Below, one piece after another: positions 1-9,210 of a stretch of 64,000 nucleotides of DNA (positions are counted from its first letter, which is position 1; each line of letters starts with the position of its first letter). The stretch is taken from contig CAYJXA010000002.1 in assembly GCA_964373955.1 (NCBI GenBank), forward strand, positions 5,113 to 69,112, in the 5' to 3' direction. The notes below the pieces were generated by a model that was not told the origin of the DNA, did not search any database, and saw only the letters and a program-made list of their open reading frames with translations. The position numbers were made by a program, and so were the translations under genes. The stretch comes from an uncultured Methanosarcinales archaeon (GTDB lineage Archaea; Nanobdellota; Nanobdellia; Woesearchaeales; GW2011-AR9).

Positions 1-587
1 AAAACTTTTTCTTGATCTTTGGAAAGAGATCCGAATTCTATCTCTATTTCTTTACGTGCTAATTCTATATCCTGGGCAAGATCTAGTTGCGCTGCTAAGA
101 TCTGAAAAAGACCATAAAGATTATTTTTAGTATTTAGAAGGAAAGAATTCATTTCTCTCAGAAGCTCTAAATATTTTATCCCGTACTCTTTCTGGCGGAG
201 CTCCGCTTCTCTTTTTAATTCTCGTGAAAGGAAAGAGACTATTCGCGTCGAGTAAAGACGCTCTTCCTTTCCGATACCTTTTTCAATATCGATAAGTTTC
301 TTAATTTTGCGCAATTCTTCTAGAAGCTCATCCAGAGCAGATTCTACTTTTTGTTGCAGCTCAAGAACTTCAGAGAGAGAAAGAGCCCTATGGGCTTTAA
401 GACGGGGGTCATAAATACGGGCTTTTATCTCCACGATCAGTTCTTTTAAGCGACTAAAAAGATCAAGCTTTTCATTAAAACGAGCATAATACTGATGAAA
501 TTCTTCAAGTAGACTAGCAATAGCTTCATCTTCGTGAGCTACTTTTTTTCGTATATCAGGACCAAAGATCCTATTCAGGATGGACAT
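1..587 (-). CDS. hypothetical coiled-coil protein, 3' end beyond window edge
   Basis: Own minus-strand translation: ATG at 587 (MSILNRIFGPDIRKKVAHEDEAIASLLEEFHQYYARFNEKLDLF...) stays open to position 1. It is absent from the ORF track because no stop lies in the window. The start overlaps the stop of the upstream gene 571..1080 by 17 nt. Confidence 0.5.
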   Translation of the reverse strand, partial: MSILNRIFGPDIRKKVAHEDEAIASLLEEFHQYYARFNEKLDLFSRLKELIVEIKARIYDPRLKAHRALSLSEVLELQQKVESALDELLEELRKIKKLIDIEKGIGKEERLYSTRIVSFLSRELKREAELRQKEYGIKYLELLREMNSFLLNTKNNLYGLFQILAAQLDLAQDIELARKEIEIEFGSLSKDQEKV

Positions 588-1080
588 ACTGTAACAGAAA
601 TGCGGTGAAGCTTTTATTCCTTTCTGTTAACTGAAGCCTATCCTGCAAGCGATGGATTGATTCGGATCTCCTTGCACTTAGAGTTAAGTTCGTTCTCGAT
701 TCTCCTTGAAAAGTGAAAGTAGAAAAATAGACTTTAACATTTCCTTCTGTTGAATACATTACCCTCTGTTTAGGAATAACCAATCTTGGATCAGGGGGAG
801 TTTCAAAAAGATCAGTAAAACGATGACAATGTAAAAATGAACGTAAAGGATCTTGGCGTGGATCGTTGGGAAATTCAATATGTTGATACATCTCTGAATT
901 CTCAAAAGAACGAAGGAGAACTTTATATTTGACCTTATGGTTATCCCTCAGCTTAAGACTAGCTTTTGGAGACAAGTAAAGATAAGAATCTGTATACGTT
1001 TCTTCGCGTTCCGGACTTCTCCCCGCAAAAGGGTTTTGTACATCAAAAACGCTATACTCTACATTAACATGAAGCCCCAT
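571..1080 (-). CDS. hypothetical protein (169 aa)
   Basis: ORF track. Overlaps the downstream gene (operon-like). No motif recognised. Confidence 0.5.
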   Translation of the reverse strand: MGLHVNVEYSVFDVQNPFAGRSPEREETYTDSYLYLSPKASLKLRDNHKVKYKVLLRSFENSEMYQHIEFPNDPRQDPLRSFLHCHRFTDLFETPPDPRLVIPKQRVMYSTEGNVKVYFSTFTFQGESRTNLTLSARRSESIHRLQDRLQLTERNKSFTAFLLQYVHPE

Positions 1081-1188
1081 AACCCCACAAAACTAGGCTT
1101 TGTTTATAAAGCTTTCTGGAAACACTCCTCAAAAGTAGTTACTTTAGCAACAAATAGTTTAAAAGCAAGAGTTCTTTGTTGATATCCG

Positions 1189-1317
1189 ATGCTCACTTAC
1201 TGCCCTGAATGCAAGAAGCCTTTACACGAAGGCCAGCATAAGTATGCTGATGGAATGTTCTTAGTGCACTACTGCAAAAGCTGCGGATTCAGAAAAGAAA
1301 CGCCGATGAAGGAATGA
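1189..1317 (+). CDS. small zinc-ribbon protein (42 aa)
   Basis: Own translation: MLTYCPECKKPLHEGQHKYADGMFLVHYCKSCGFRKETPMKE. Two CxxC pairs. Below the ORF-track size cutoff. Confidence 0.5.
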   Translation: MLTYCPECKKPLHEGQHKYADGMFLVHYCKSCGFRKETPMKE

Positions 1318-1740
1318 TTACATAATATTAGTAAAGACCGGGGTTGATTTTGCTGCTTTATAGGTTATCATTGTGCCTACAGGAATTTGAGAAGGAGTAG
1401 TTACATGTGGATTCCAATGTTGTAATTGAGCATAAACTCCCTGAAGTTCTTTAGACCTATCGAAGCAAATCCGATCCCACCCCGGTTCTTCTCGGCATTC
1501 TACTCCATCATAAACAGTAAGTACTCTTTGACCAACTAATCTTTCACGTACTAATCTACGAGCAATCGAAGCTAAGGTATCCCCTTCTTCCGTTCTGAGA
1601 GTATAAGTTGTTACTTCTGTAAGATATCCTTGGGTAGGAAAGATCATATTTTGCCGTCTTTCTACAACATCAAATGCAGACGCAGAACTACTCAATCCCA
1701 AACTCAATGCTACAGCTGCAGGCAAATATTTCCAATTCAT
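1318..1740 (-). CDS. secreted protein with LysM-like segment
   Basis: N-terminal signal-like MNWKYLPAAVALSLGLSSSASA. GDTLASIARRL...IPVGTMITY resembles a LysM domain with an insertion. Confidence 0.5.
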   Translation of the reverse strand: MNWKYLPAAVALSLGLSSSASAFDVVERRQNMIFPTQGYLTEVTTYTLRTEEGDTLASIARRLVRERLVGQRVLTVYDGVECREEPGWDRICFDRSKELQGVYAQLQHWNPHVTTPSQIPVGTMITYKAAKSTPVFTNIM

Positions 1741-1849
1741 GAGTGTGATATTGATGTACTTTGACTTATAAAGATTTCGAGATTGAAGTCCCTATTTAAG
1801 AGTAATTTTTCATCGAAACATTTATAATCTTTTAGAGAATAGAAAGAAT

Positions 1850-1966
1850 ATGCCTGAAACACCAAATGCAACGTCTAAGAAATTTCTAGAAACTCTAGTC
1901 TATCTGTTGGCAATAGGTGCAATTGTGTTTACTGTTATAATGATCATAATTGCAGCTCTACGATGA
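1850..1966 (+). CDS. small single-pass membrane protein (38 aa)
   Basis: Own translation: MPETPNATSKKFLETLVYLLAIGAIVFTVIMIIIAALR. ATGA overlap with the next small ORF. Confidence 0.35.
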   Translation: MPETPNATSKKFLETLVYLLAIGAIVFTVIMIIIAALR

Positions 1967-2136
1967 ATAAGAGAGTGTTACAATTTGCATCGCTGTCGCT
2001 GAGTGCCCTTTCATTACTTTATCTTCTTTTTATAAATCTCTGGCGTGGCGATTTTATTTTTAGTGATTGGCTCGTTGTGGCTATTGACTTAACGGTAAAA
2101 GTGATTGTGGAATTATATATTCTCCTAGAGAAATAG
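1963..2136 (+). CDS. small membrane protein (57 aa)
   Basis: Own translation: MNKRVLQFASLSLSALSLLYLLFINLWRGDFIFSDWLVVAIDLTVKVIVELYILLEK. Translationally coupled to 1850..1966. Confidence 0.35.
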   Translation: MNKRVLQFASLSLSALSLLYLLFINLWRGDFIFSDWLVVAIDLTVKVIVELYILLEK

Positions 2137-2137
2137 A

Positions 2138-2566
2138 CTACTTCTTTATCCTATTAACATCCTCAACACTTATCCACGCCGCCATCATGCCAAATCCTTT
2201 CTTATCAATCTCAAACGGTTCTATTTGCTGCACATCTACTAACCGCATTAATATACAATATTTTCGTGCAGAACACCACTCCACCAATTTCTCCATATCC
2301 GTAGTTGTAAAACAAATTGCGGAAGCATACTTCTCCAACAATTCTCCTACATCAACATTGGGTAAGTAAAATTGAAGCACCTCAGAAACAGTTGCTTTTA
2401 CTGCCACTAGCTCGCCAGATTCTTTGAAATAAATCACTTCCCCCTTCTTAATCCTATCCCAAGGAGTTACTTTGGATTTATACCATCTGGATTCAATAGT
2501 TTTCTCCCGAGAGAGAATTTTGGCTAATAATTTTCTTTTCTTGTCAAGAATAGCCACATGATCCAT
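2138..2566 (-). CDS. ASCH domain protein
   Basis: KTIESRWYKSK...GEVIYFKESGE pattern typical of ASCH/PUA-like folds. The start abuts the srp54 stop with no gap. Confidence 0.6.
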   Translation of the reverse strand: MDHVAILDKKRKLLAKILSREKTIESRWYKSKVTPWDRIKKGEVIYFKESGELVAVKATVSEVLQFYLPNVDVGELLEKYASAICFTTTDMEKLVEWCSARKYCILMRLVDVQQIEPFEIDKKGFGMMAAWISVEDVNRIKK

Positions 2567-3919
2567 CTACATCCCCATCATTCCTTTCGGCAGCTTCCCA
2601 CCCATCTTTTTCATGAGTTTGTTAATATCCTGCTCCCCTTTCATCATTTTCATTAACTTCTTCGATTGCCGGTACTGCTTCAATAATTCTCGGATCTCTG
2701 CTACCTTTATGCCAGAACCAGCGGCAATCCGGTCAATCCTGTCCGCAGAAATGATATCGGGATCTTCTAATTCTTCTCGGGTCATGCTATCCATGGCAAT
2801 TTTCCATTTTTCTAATTTGCCTTCCTGCACTTCTAACATTTCCTTCGGTAATTTCAGTGATCCCATCCCCGGAATCATTTCCATAATCTTGCCAAAGGAA
2901 CCCATTTTTTTCAGCGATTTCATTTGCTGATAGAGATCAACGAGACTAAAATCGCCTTTCAAGAACTTATCCTGCATATCCTTCGCTTGTTCTTCAGAAA
3001 TCACTTCTTTCGCTTTCTCAAGTAAAGACTCTAAATCACCCATCCCAATTAATCTTCCCACAAATCGCTGGGGATGGAATAATTCAAAGTCGTCAACTTT
3101 TTCGCCCACGCCAATAAAAGTGATCGGTGCTTTGGTAACTGCACATGCAGACAACGCTCCTCCCCCCTTCGCTGTTCCTTCCAATTTGGTAACGATAACG
3201 CCAGTAACATGACAAGTGTCATGGAAAGCTTGAGCCTGTTTCTGTGCTGCTTGTCCAATATCAGCAGAAATAACCAACAATCGTTCATCCGGAGCGATGG
3301 CAGCATGCAATTGATTTAACTCTGCGATTAGTTCTTCGGAAAGAGCATCCCTTCCCGCGGTGTCAACGATCACCACATCATACTCTTTCAGTTTTCCCTC
3401 AAAAGCATGGTAAATAGTAACCGGGTCTTTTTCCCTTTTGATGCCAAAGAAATCAACGCCAATTGATGCAGCAATTTGTTCCAATTGATCATACGCCGCT
3501 GGCCGCCAAGTGTCGGTTTGCATGACCGCTACTTTATACCCCCGCTTTTTGTAGAATTTGGCAAGTTTTCCAGCAGTAGTTGTTTTTCCTGAGCCAAATA
3601 ATCCCACCAACATTATTTGCGTAGGTTTTTTCGTTATTTTAATTTCATGAGCTTCCTTCCCTAAGAAGGTGGTTAATTCCTCATATACAATCTTAATAAG
3701 CTGTTCTCGTTTGGTTATGCCCGGAGGAGCTTTTTCCTTAGCCCGCTCTTTAATCTTACTGCTCAGATCAAAGACGAGTTGTACATTAGTATCGGATTGC
3801 AGAAGAGCTCGCTGGATGTCTTTCACGAGCTCATTGATGAGTTTCTCATCCACAAAGACGGATTGGGTTATCTTGCTGAGCGTATTCTTCAGGGATTCCC
3901 CTAATTTTTCCAAGACCAT
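2567..3919 (-). CDS. srp54: signal recognition particle protein SRP54
   Basis: GTPase motifs GLFGSGKTTTAGKLA, DTAGR and TKLEGTAKGGGALS, plus a Met-rich C-terminal M domain (KKLMKMMKG...GMMGM). Confidence 0.95.
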   Translation of the reverse strand: MVLEKLGESLKNTLSKITQSVFVDEKLINELVKDIQRALLQSDTNVQLVFDLSSKIKERAKEKAPPGITKREQLIKIVYEELTTFLGKEAHEIKITKKPTQIMLVGLFGSGKTTTAGKLAKFYKKRGYKVAVMQTDTWRPAAYDQLEQIAASIGVDFFGIKREKDPVTIYHAFEGKLKEYDVVIVDTAGRDALSEELIAELNQLHAAIAPDERLLVISADIGQAAQKQAQAFHDTCHVTGVIVTKLEGTAKGGGALSACAVTKAPITFIGVGEKVDDFELFHPQRFVGRLIGMGDLESLLEKAKEVISEEQAKDMQDKFLKGDFSLVDLYQQMKSLKKMGSFGKIMEMIPGMGSLKLPKEMLEVQEGKLEKWKIAMDSMTREELEDPDIISADRIDRIAAGSGIKVAEIRELLKQYRQSKKLMKMMKGEQDINKLMKKMGGKLPKGMMGM

Positions 3920-3981
3920 TCTTTGATTAAAATGAAGCGGTTATATAAAACTTATGAGAAGATTATAGGAAGAAGAAAAGA

Positions 3982-4494
3982 TCATCTTCCCCTATGCGCC
4001 ATGGACTTTCCAGGGTTGTAAAAGAACCAATCCTCTTTCGTAATAGGATGAAAGTAATCGGCTTCTTCTATCAACATTTTAGCGGTTGTTTCTTGGACTG
4101 CAGCAATCTCCACTCTTACTCCTTCAGACTTTAGATGCTTAACTAGGTCGATATAATCAGAATCCCCGGACATGATGATGATCGTATCTACCTTTGGAGC
4201 TAATTGCGTCGCTTTGATGGAAAGCGGAATATCTGCTGATTTATGGCATGGAACGACAGAACCGTAATATTGCTGGTGCAATCGTTCCGCTAGCTTGGAG
4301 GAAATATTCTGCCCTTCTCGAAAATAGATTAAGCGATTTAAGCCTCTTCCATTCAAGAGCTTGGGGATAAGTTTGTCAAAATTAACCATAGTATTGGTAG
4401 ATTTACTCTGCTCGTGAATGCTTCGTTCAATATTATTCCCATCGCAGAGAATTGCTACAGATTGCGTAACCAGAATGCTTTTGTCGGTCGTCAT
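3982..4494 (-). CDS. NYN/LabA-like (PIN-related) domain protein
   Basis: ILCDGNNI...IIIMSGDSDYIDLVKHLKSEGVRVEI matches the NYN (DUF88/LabA) signature. Confidence 0.7.
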   Translation of the reverse strand: MTTDKSILVTQSVAILCDGNNIERSIHEQSKSTNTMVNFDKLIPKLLNGRGLNRLIYFREGQNISSKLAERLHQQYYGSVVPCHKSADIPLSIKATQLAPKVDTIIIMSGDSDYIDLVKHLKSEGVRVEIAAVQETTAKMLIEEADYFHPITKEDWFFYNPGKSMAHRGR

Positions 4495-4521
4495 GATATC
4501 ACCTTTTTTTATAATGATAAA

Positions 4522-4715
4522 TGAGCCTGCCCGGACTTTCGTTCAAGTACACTACTCAGCTTATATCGTGGGGTCGAGTGTCACGAGCGCCCCACTTGAA
4601 TACGACTCGCCTAGTGTAACTGGCGTTCGAACCGGGGTTTAGGGGTTTCCACTTCTTCTAACCGAAGCCCCTCGTCCTCACTGGCATTATCGTATCCAGG
4701 CTAGACTACAGGCCC
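4522..4715 (-). tRNA. tRNA-Arg(UCG) with three apparent introns (D-loop, 37/38, T-loop)
   Basis: Hand fold of the reverse complement gives GGGCCUG UA GUCU AGCCUGGAUA [15 nt, 4692-4678] GGAC G AGGGG CUUCGG [15 nt, 4661-4647] A CCCCU AAAC CCCGG UUCGAA [about 90 nt, 4625-4536] U CCGGG CAGGCUC A. The mature form is 74 nt with all four stems paired (one G2-U71 pair). A TATA-like ATTTATAAAT lies upstream. Confidence 0.7.
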
Positions 4716-4850
4716 ATATTCCACTTGAACGGTTCAACGAGATTTATAAATCTACCTACATTTTCTTTCAGAATATAAATGGTGTAACCAACTTTCTATT
4801 TTGGATAGAGAGAAACCTTAATAAAAGCCAATAGTATCTCTCTCAATGAA

Positions 4851-5408
4851 ATGAAAGAGGCGATCCGAAAAGAAATAGTCTACGATTTAGATAAAGCCAT
4901 TCAAATTCTGCAAGTGCGTGAAACAACCGATGTGGAGGAACTTAAAAATTTAAGTGACCATGCGATTGAAGATATCGCTGCAGAAAGAGATCTGGAGCTG
5001 GTCTCCGTTACCGTGCTCCTGTATTCTTTATACAAAATAATTACCAGCGTTGATGCACCAGTTTATGCAAATTTAGTCCCGGCACTGAAAGCAGCAAAAA
5101 GTGCTTTAGAGCAAAAAAATTTGGGGAAATATAATCAAAGCATTAAGAAAGTCTATGAAATAGTCCGACGCTGTGATAACAAAATAAAAGAGCATCTGGA
5201 TGACGTAATGCAAGCTGCTCGTATTAAAAAAGGAACTTCCCTCTTGCAGCGGGGGCTTTCCATAGGGCAAGCGGCAGGATTGATGGGCTTATCCAATTGG
5301 GATTTACAGCAGTACGCGGGAAAAACTATGGCCCTGGATCAGCATGACGAGAAATTTCCTGCACAAAAGCGAGTAACCATAGCGTTCAAATTGTTTGGGG
5401 TAGCATAA
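4851..5408 (+). CDS. hypothetical protein with C-terminal HTH-like segment
   Basis: ORF track. LLQRGLSIGQAAGLMGLSNWDLQQYAG looks like a helix-turn-helix. The stop lies 1 nt before the next gene. Confidence 0.5.
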   Translation: MKEAIRKEIVYDLDKAIQILQVRETTDVEELKNLSDHAIEDIAAERDLELVSVTVLLYSLYKIITSVDAPVYANLVPALKAAKSALEQKNLGKYNQSIKKVYEIVRRCDNKIKEHLDDVMQAARIKKGTSLLQRGLSIGQAAGLMGLSNWDLQQYAGKTMALDQHDEKFPAQKRVTIAFKLFGVA

Positions 5409-5409
5409 T

Positions 5410-6105
5410 ATGGCTGCTGAAAAAATAATCTTTTTTGATGCTGGGCCAATTATTTCTTTAGTCATGTCCCGCTTAGCGTGGATCTTACCGGAATTAAAAA
5501 AGAAATTTGGCGGGAAATTTTATATTACGCCAGCAGTGCAGCGGGAGTTAGTGGAACGGCCACTTTCGGTGAAACGTTTTGAGTTCGAAGCCCTGCAAGT
5601 GATGAAATTCATTAAAGAAGGCGTGTTAGAAGTGTATTCCAACGTTCCACTCCGCAAAGTGCAGGATTTGCAGAATCTTGCCAATAACTCTTTTAAGCTT
5701 GATGGAAAGAATTTAGAAGTGATTCAATCCGGTGAAATTGAATCAGTGGCAAGTGCTATGGAGATTGGAGCGGGAGCAGTGGTAATGGACGAACGTACTC
5801 TGCGCCTTTTTATTGAGAATTCTGCAGAAATGAAGAAATTGTTAGAAAGCCGATTTCAAAAACAGGTAATTGCTGATAAGAAATCTATCACTCAATTTAG
5901 CAGCCAGTTTCAGGGCTTGACGATTATCCGTTCGATTGAATTGGTTTCCATCGCTTACAAGATGGGGCTTCTCGATTCTTATGTGCCCGCGCTGAAAGAG
6001 GGCAAACAAATTCTCCTGGATTCCGTGCTTTGGGCAACCAAATATAATGGATGTGCGGTTACGGAGCATGAGATTGAAGAGATTAAACAGTATCTGCTGA
6101 AATAA
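5410..6105 (+). CDS. PIN-like domain protein (tentative)
   Basis: N-terminal IIFFDAGPIISL resembles PIN strand 1 with a catalytic Asp. Tightly linked to 4851..5408. Confidence 0.4.
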   Translation: MAAEKIIFFDAGPIISLVMSRLAWILPELKKKFGGKFYITPAVQRELVERPLSVKRFEFEALQVMKFIKEGVLEVYSNVPLRKVQDLQNLANNSFKLDGKNLEVIQSGEIESVASAMEIGAGAVVMDERTLRLFIENSAEMKKLLESRFQKQVIADKKSITQFSSQFQGLTIIRSIELVSIAYKMGLLDSYVPALKEGKQILLDSVLWATKYNGCAVTEHEIEEIKQYLLK

Positions 6106-6118
6106 ATATGTGAATTCA

Positions 6119-7084
6119 ATGAAAGATCTTTTTAAATTAAGAATTGGATTCCATGGTCCCCTTGCAGAAATATCCCACGCCATTTGTAAAGAATATAACC
6201 TTGGAAACCCTGTTAAATCTGAATTTATCCCTGTTGGTTATGAGGACTTTAATTTTTCATTGCAGACTACCACTGGAAAATTCTTCGTGAAAATCTTTGC
6301 TAAATCAAAGAGGATTGGAGATTGCAAAAGAAATGTTGACATTATGCTTGAAGTATTTAAATCCGGCATTCCTATCCCAAAATTATATCCATCATCAACA
6401 GGAAAGTATTTATTTACTCTTCCGGGTGGTAGATTACCATTAAGAGGTTGTGTTATGGAATTCATTGAAGGGAAAGATCTTTTTACGCAAAATAAAGCAA
6501 AAATAAACACGGCTGATATTCACTTTTTAGCTTCTTTAGCCTCTCGCTTAAATTCCCTCCCTATTAACCCTCCTAAAATATATGATTCCTGGGCCATTAC
6601 TAACTTTCCAGAGGAATTTAAGAAAAAAAGCAAATACTTAACTCCAAAAGAGCTGGCCTTGGTGAAACCGCTAATTCGCCAGTTTGAGGAGCTTGATATC
6701 CCTACTTTGCCCCATTGTTTTGTTCATGGAGATATTTTACGAACCAACATTATCAAAGATAAAAATAATAACTTGTGGCTCATAGATTTTTCAGTTTCTA
6801 ATTATTATCCGCGTATTCAAGAATTAGCAGTATTAGCCTGCGAGGTACTATTTGATAAAGATGATCCTTCAAAAAGTGAGCAAAATCTTAACCTTGCTTT
6901 AAACGAATATCAAAAAAGAATAAAATTAACCCCTCGGGAATTATGGTCTCTGCCGATTTATATCAAAATTGCCCATGCCATGCATTTATTATGTGCAAAT
7001 TATGAACTAAAAGTTAATAAGAATAATTCTGCTGAAAATAAATATTTTTTGGCTATTGGAAGAGCAGGGATAAAGCGATATTAA
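6119..7084 (+). CDS. aminoglycoside phosphotransferase/choline kinase-like (APH family) kinase
   Basis: Catalytic loop FVHGDILRTNII and LIDFSVSNY (HxDxxxxN ... DF). The ORF track starts at GTG 6110; the first ATG is at 6119. Confidence 0.65.
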   Translation: MKDLFKLRIGFHGPLAEISHAICKEYNLGNPVKSEFIPVGYEDFNFSLQTTTGKFFVKIFAKSKRIGDCKRNVDIMLEVFKSGIPIPKLYPSSTGKYLFTLPGGRLPLRGCVMEFIEGKDLFTQNKAKINTADIHFLASLASRLNSLPINPPKIYDSWAITNFPEEFKKKSKYLTPKELALVKPLIRQFEELDIPTLPHCFVHGDILRTNIIKDKNNNLWLIDFSVSNYYPRIQELAVLACEVLFDKDDPSKSEQNLNLALNEYQKRIKLTPRELWSLPIYIKIAHAMHLLCANYELKVNKNNSAENKYFLAIGRAGIKRY

Positions 7085-7131
7085 TTAAAAAGCAGAATCT
7101 TTTTAAAATACAACTCCCTTTACAGGCAACA

Positions 7132-7320
7132 ATGACGAAAAAATGCATCATCTGCGGTGAAGAAGCCACTTACAGAATAAAAGATACTCCCGATTATTAT
7201 TGTCCGGGATGCGCGGAAGAAAATTTTGCTGATCTTACGGTGTTAGTCCGAGTTGAGGATGAAGCGCAGCGTTTGAAAGAATTGGTTGATGAAAAAACAG
7301 ACAGCGATGGAGAAGAGTAA
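7132..7320 (+). CDS. small zinc-ribbon protein (62 aa)
   Basis: CIICGEEA...YYCPGCAEENF, with two CxxC pairs. Confidence 0.5.
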   Translation: MTKKCIICGEEATYRIKDTPDYYCPGCAEENFADLTVLVRVEDEAQRLKELVDEKTDSDGEE

Positions 7321-7324
7321 TTCT

Positions 7325-7957
7325 ATGTACCCCACGATTGCGATAGGCAAGATTAAGACTTCTAAAGTTGAGTTGATAGATATTACGAAAGCATGGATCG
7401 TGTTGTCGCTAGCGTTTGCTTTCATTTATGCAGGCGCTAACCTCTTTGACGGCACTATTGCGAATATATTTTCAATTTCTTTCCTGTTTCTCTTTGTTAT
7501 TTCTTCTTTGACTGCTGGATTAGGCTTTCTCTTGCATGAATTATCTCATAAATTTGTTGCCCAGCGTTATGGGTGCGTCGCTGAGTTTAGGGCTTTCGAT
7601 CAAATGTTGTATCTGGCTTTAGGACTGGCTGTTTTGGTGGGGTTTATTTTTGCTGCTCCTGGAGCGGTGATGATCTCGGGCATGATTACTCGGCGAGAGA
7701 ATGGTATGGTAAGCGTTGCCGGGCCTGTTACTAATTATGTCCTGGGGCTTATATTCTTAGGGCTGCGTTTTGTATTTCCAGCCTGGGCTTTCATCTTTTC
7801 GATCGGTTTTAGCATCAACATGTGGCTGGGATTGTTTAACATGATCCCTTTTGGGAATTTAGACGGATTGAAAGTATTCCATTGGAATAAAGCAGTATGG
7901 CTGGGAATGGTTGCCATCGGAATATTTTTCGTGTTTTTTTATGGAAGAATGATATAG
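7325..7957 (+). CDS. site-2 protease family (M50) membrane metalloprotease
   Basis: HELSHKFVAQRYG (HExxH) in a polytopic membrane protein with the downstream NMIPFGNLDG motif. The ORF track starts at 7286; ATG 7325 avoids overlap with the upstream gene. Confidence 0.75.
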   Translation: MYPTIAIGKIKTSKVELIDITKAWIVLSLAFAFIYAGANLFDGTIANIFSISFLFLFVISSLTAGLGFLLHELSHKFVAQRYGCVAEFRAFDQMLYLALGLAVLVGFIFAAPGAVMISGMITRRENGMVSVAGPVTNYVLGLIFLGLRFVFPAWAFIFSIGFSINMWLGLFNMIPFGNLDGLKVFHWNKAVWLGMVAIGIFFVFFYGRMI

Positions 7958-7959
7958 AA

Positions 7960-8964
7960 TTAAGCTGCCCGTAGTACATCCACCATCGAATACACTTTTC
8001 CTTTCTCTCCGGCTTCTACTTTCCTTTGCAAGAAAGTAAGCGCATCTAAAGTTCCTAGAGCATACACTTTTCTCCCATTTACATTGTGAGTTACGCTGAG
8101 TTCTCTGCCAGGATTTTCATCCATTTGAAATACAACTGTTTCATCAGGAGATACTCTCCTCGTGCTCCGCTCAAATGGGCTTTGTGGTTCTTCTCCTAAG
8201 GTGTATGATGAAAAAAAAGGATTCTCCCGTAAGAAGGTTCGTAATTCTTCTGCGAGTTGTTCCAATGCTGCTGTTGATGCAGGAGTTCTAAGGTGATACG
8301 TATGCCAGCCGTGCCCGCCTAAATATGCTTCCGGGATGCCCATTCTGCGCTGTTGTTCCGGATCACGAATTTTTCGAATTTCAGCTGCACGGCAAGGGAA
8401 GCCAAGTCTTCCAAAATGATCCACCATTGCCTTCGCCGTTCCGCTGGTATCTGCTTTCTTTTGTTGGTGACTTTCTGTAATGGCAATGGATCCTCCTCGA
8501 AGTGAATACGAATGAAGTCTAGCATATTCTTCCATAAATGCTTGCAATGCCACAATTTGGGTGGCCATGTTCGGAGCAATCACTGCTACTATTTCAGAAT
8601 CTCTAACTCTTCTTTCTAAAGCTGATCGATCTCCGCCGGTTGTGCCCATTACAAAAGGAATTCTTTGTCGGCAGTAAAAATCAACGTTGTCATTAACTGC
8701 CGCGGGTAAGGTATAATCTACCGCTATGAAAGATCCGCGTTCTTCTCGTACTCTTCTTACTGCTTGTTCCCGTTCTGCCGGCCCTATTAAATAGACCGGA
8801 GCACAAATGGGTTTCCCTAGTAGCCTCATTTTGTCATGGTGTTGTGCGCTAGAGAACGCGACTGAAAGGAGACCTAATCGCTCTTTGGAATCCGGATAGG
8901 GATCAAGGCAATTAGCAACTTCTACTGCCATACTTCCGGGAATACCATTAACCATGACATTCAT
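7960..8964 (-). CDS. dihydrodipicolinate reductase (DapB)-family oxidoreductase
   Basis: VMVNGIPGSMA N-terminus and DYTLPAAVNDNV...PFVMGTTGGD...IAPNMATQIV resemble DapB N- and C-domain motifs. Confidence 0.55.
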   Translation of the reverse strand: MNVMVNGIPGSMAVEVANCLDPYPDSKERLGLLSVAFSSAQHHDKMRLLGKPICAPVYLIGPAEREQAVRRVREERGSFIAVDYTLPAAVNDNVDFYCRQRIPFVMGTTGGDRSALERRVRDSEIVAVIAPNMATQIVALQAFMEEYARLHSYSLRGGSIAITESHQQKKADTSGTAKAMVDHFGRLGFPCRAAEIRKIRDPEQQRRMGIPEAYLGGHGWHTYHLRTPASTAALEQLAEELRTFLRENPFFSSYTLGEEPQSPFERSTRRVSPDETVVFQMDENPGRELSVTHNVNGRKVYALGTLDALTFLQRKVEAGEKGKVYSMVDVLRAA

Positions 8965-9210
8965 TGTTTACTCCTCCACAGAAATCGTGGAATGATTACC
9001 TCTATCACTCCTCTGAAGCCGAGAATTGTACCCTTTTTATAAATATTATTATACACTGTCCTTCAAAACGAGAATTTAGCCTTTTCAATCCCGCATAAAC
9101 TTATTTCCCTTTCTTAAACTTTTTGTTTTTTTTGGTTTTTTAAGGTTCATTTATCCTCGATAAAGAGCAAAACATTTATATACTTGCTTTGTTTTCTTCC
9201 TCGGAGAGGG

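Noticed and set aside
4418-4642. ORF-track protein of 74 aa on the plus strand
   Set aside because: It lies antisense to the NYN gene start and to tRNA-Arg, and its composition is non-protein-like.
4500-4730. A structured, GC-rich segment next to srp54 that first looked like a candidate SRP (7S) RNA
   Set aside because: It folds as a tRNA-Arg with three introns. It has no helix-8-type AGG..GGAA..AGCA motif, and at about 194 nt with a cloverleaf core it does not fit SRP RNA.
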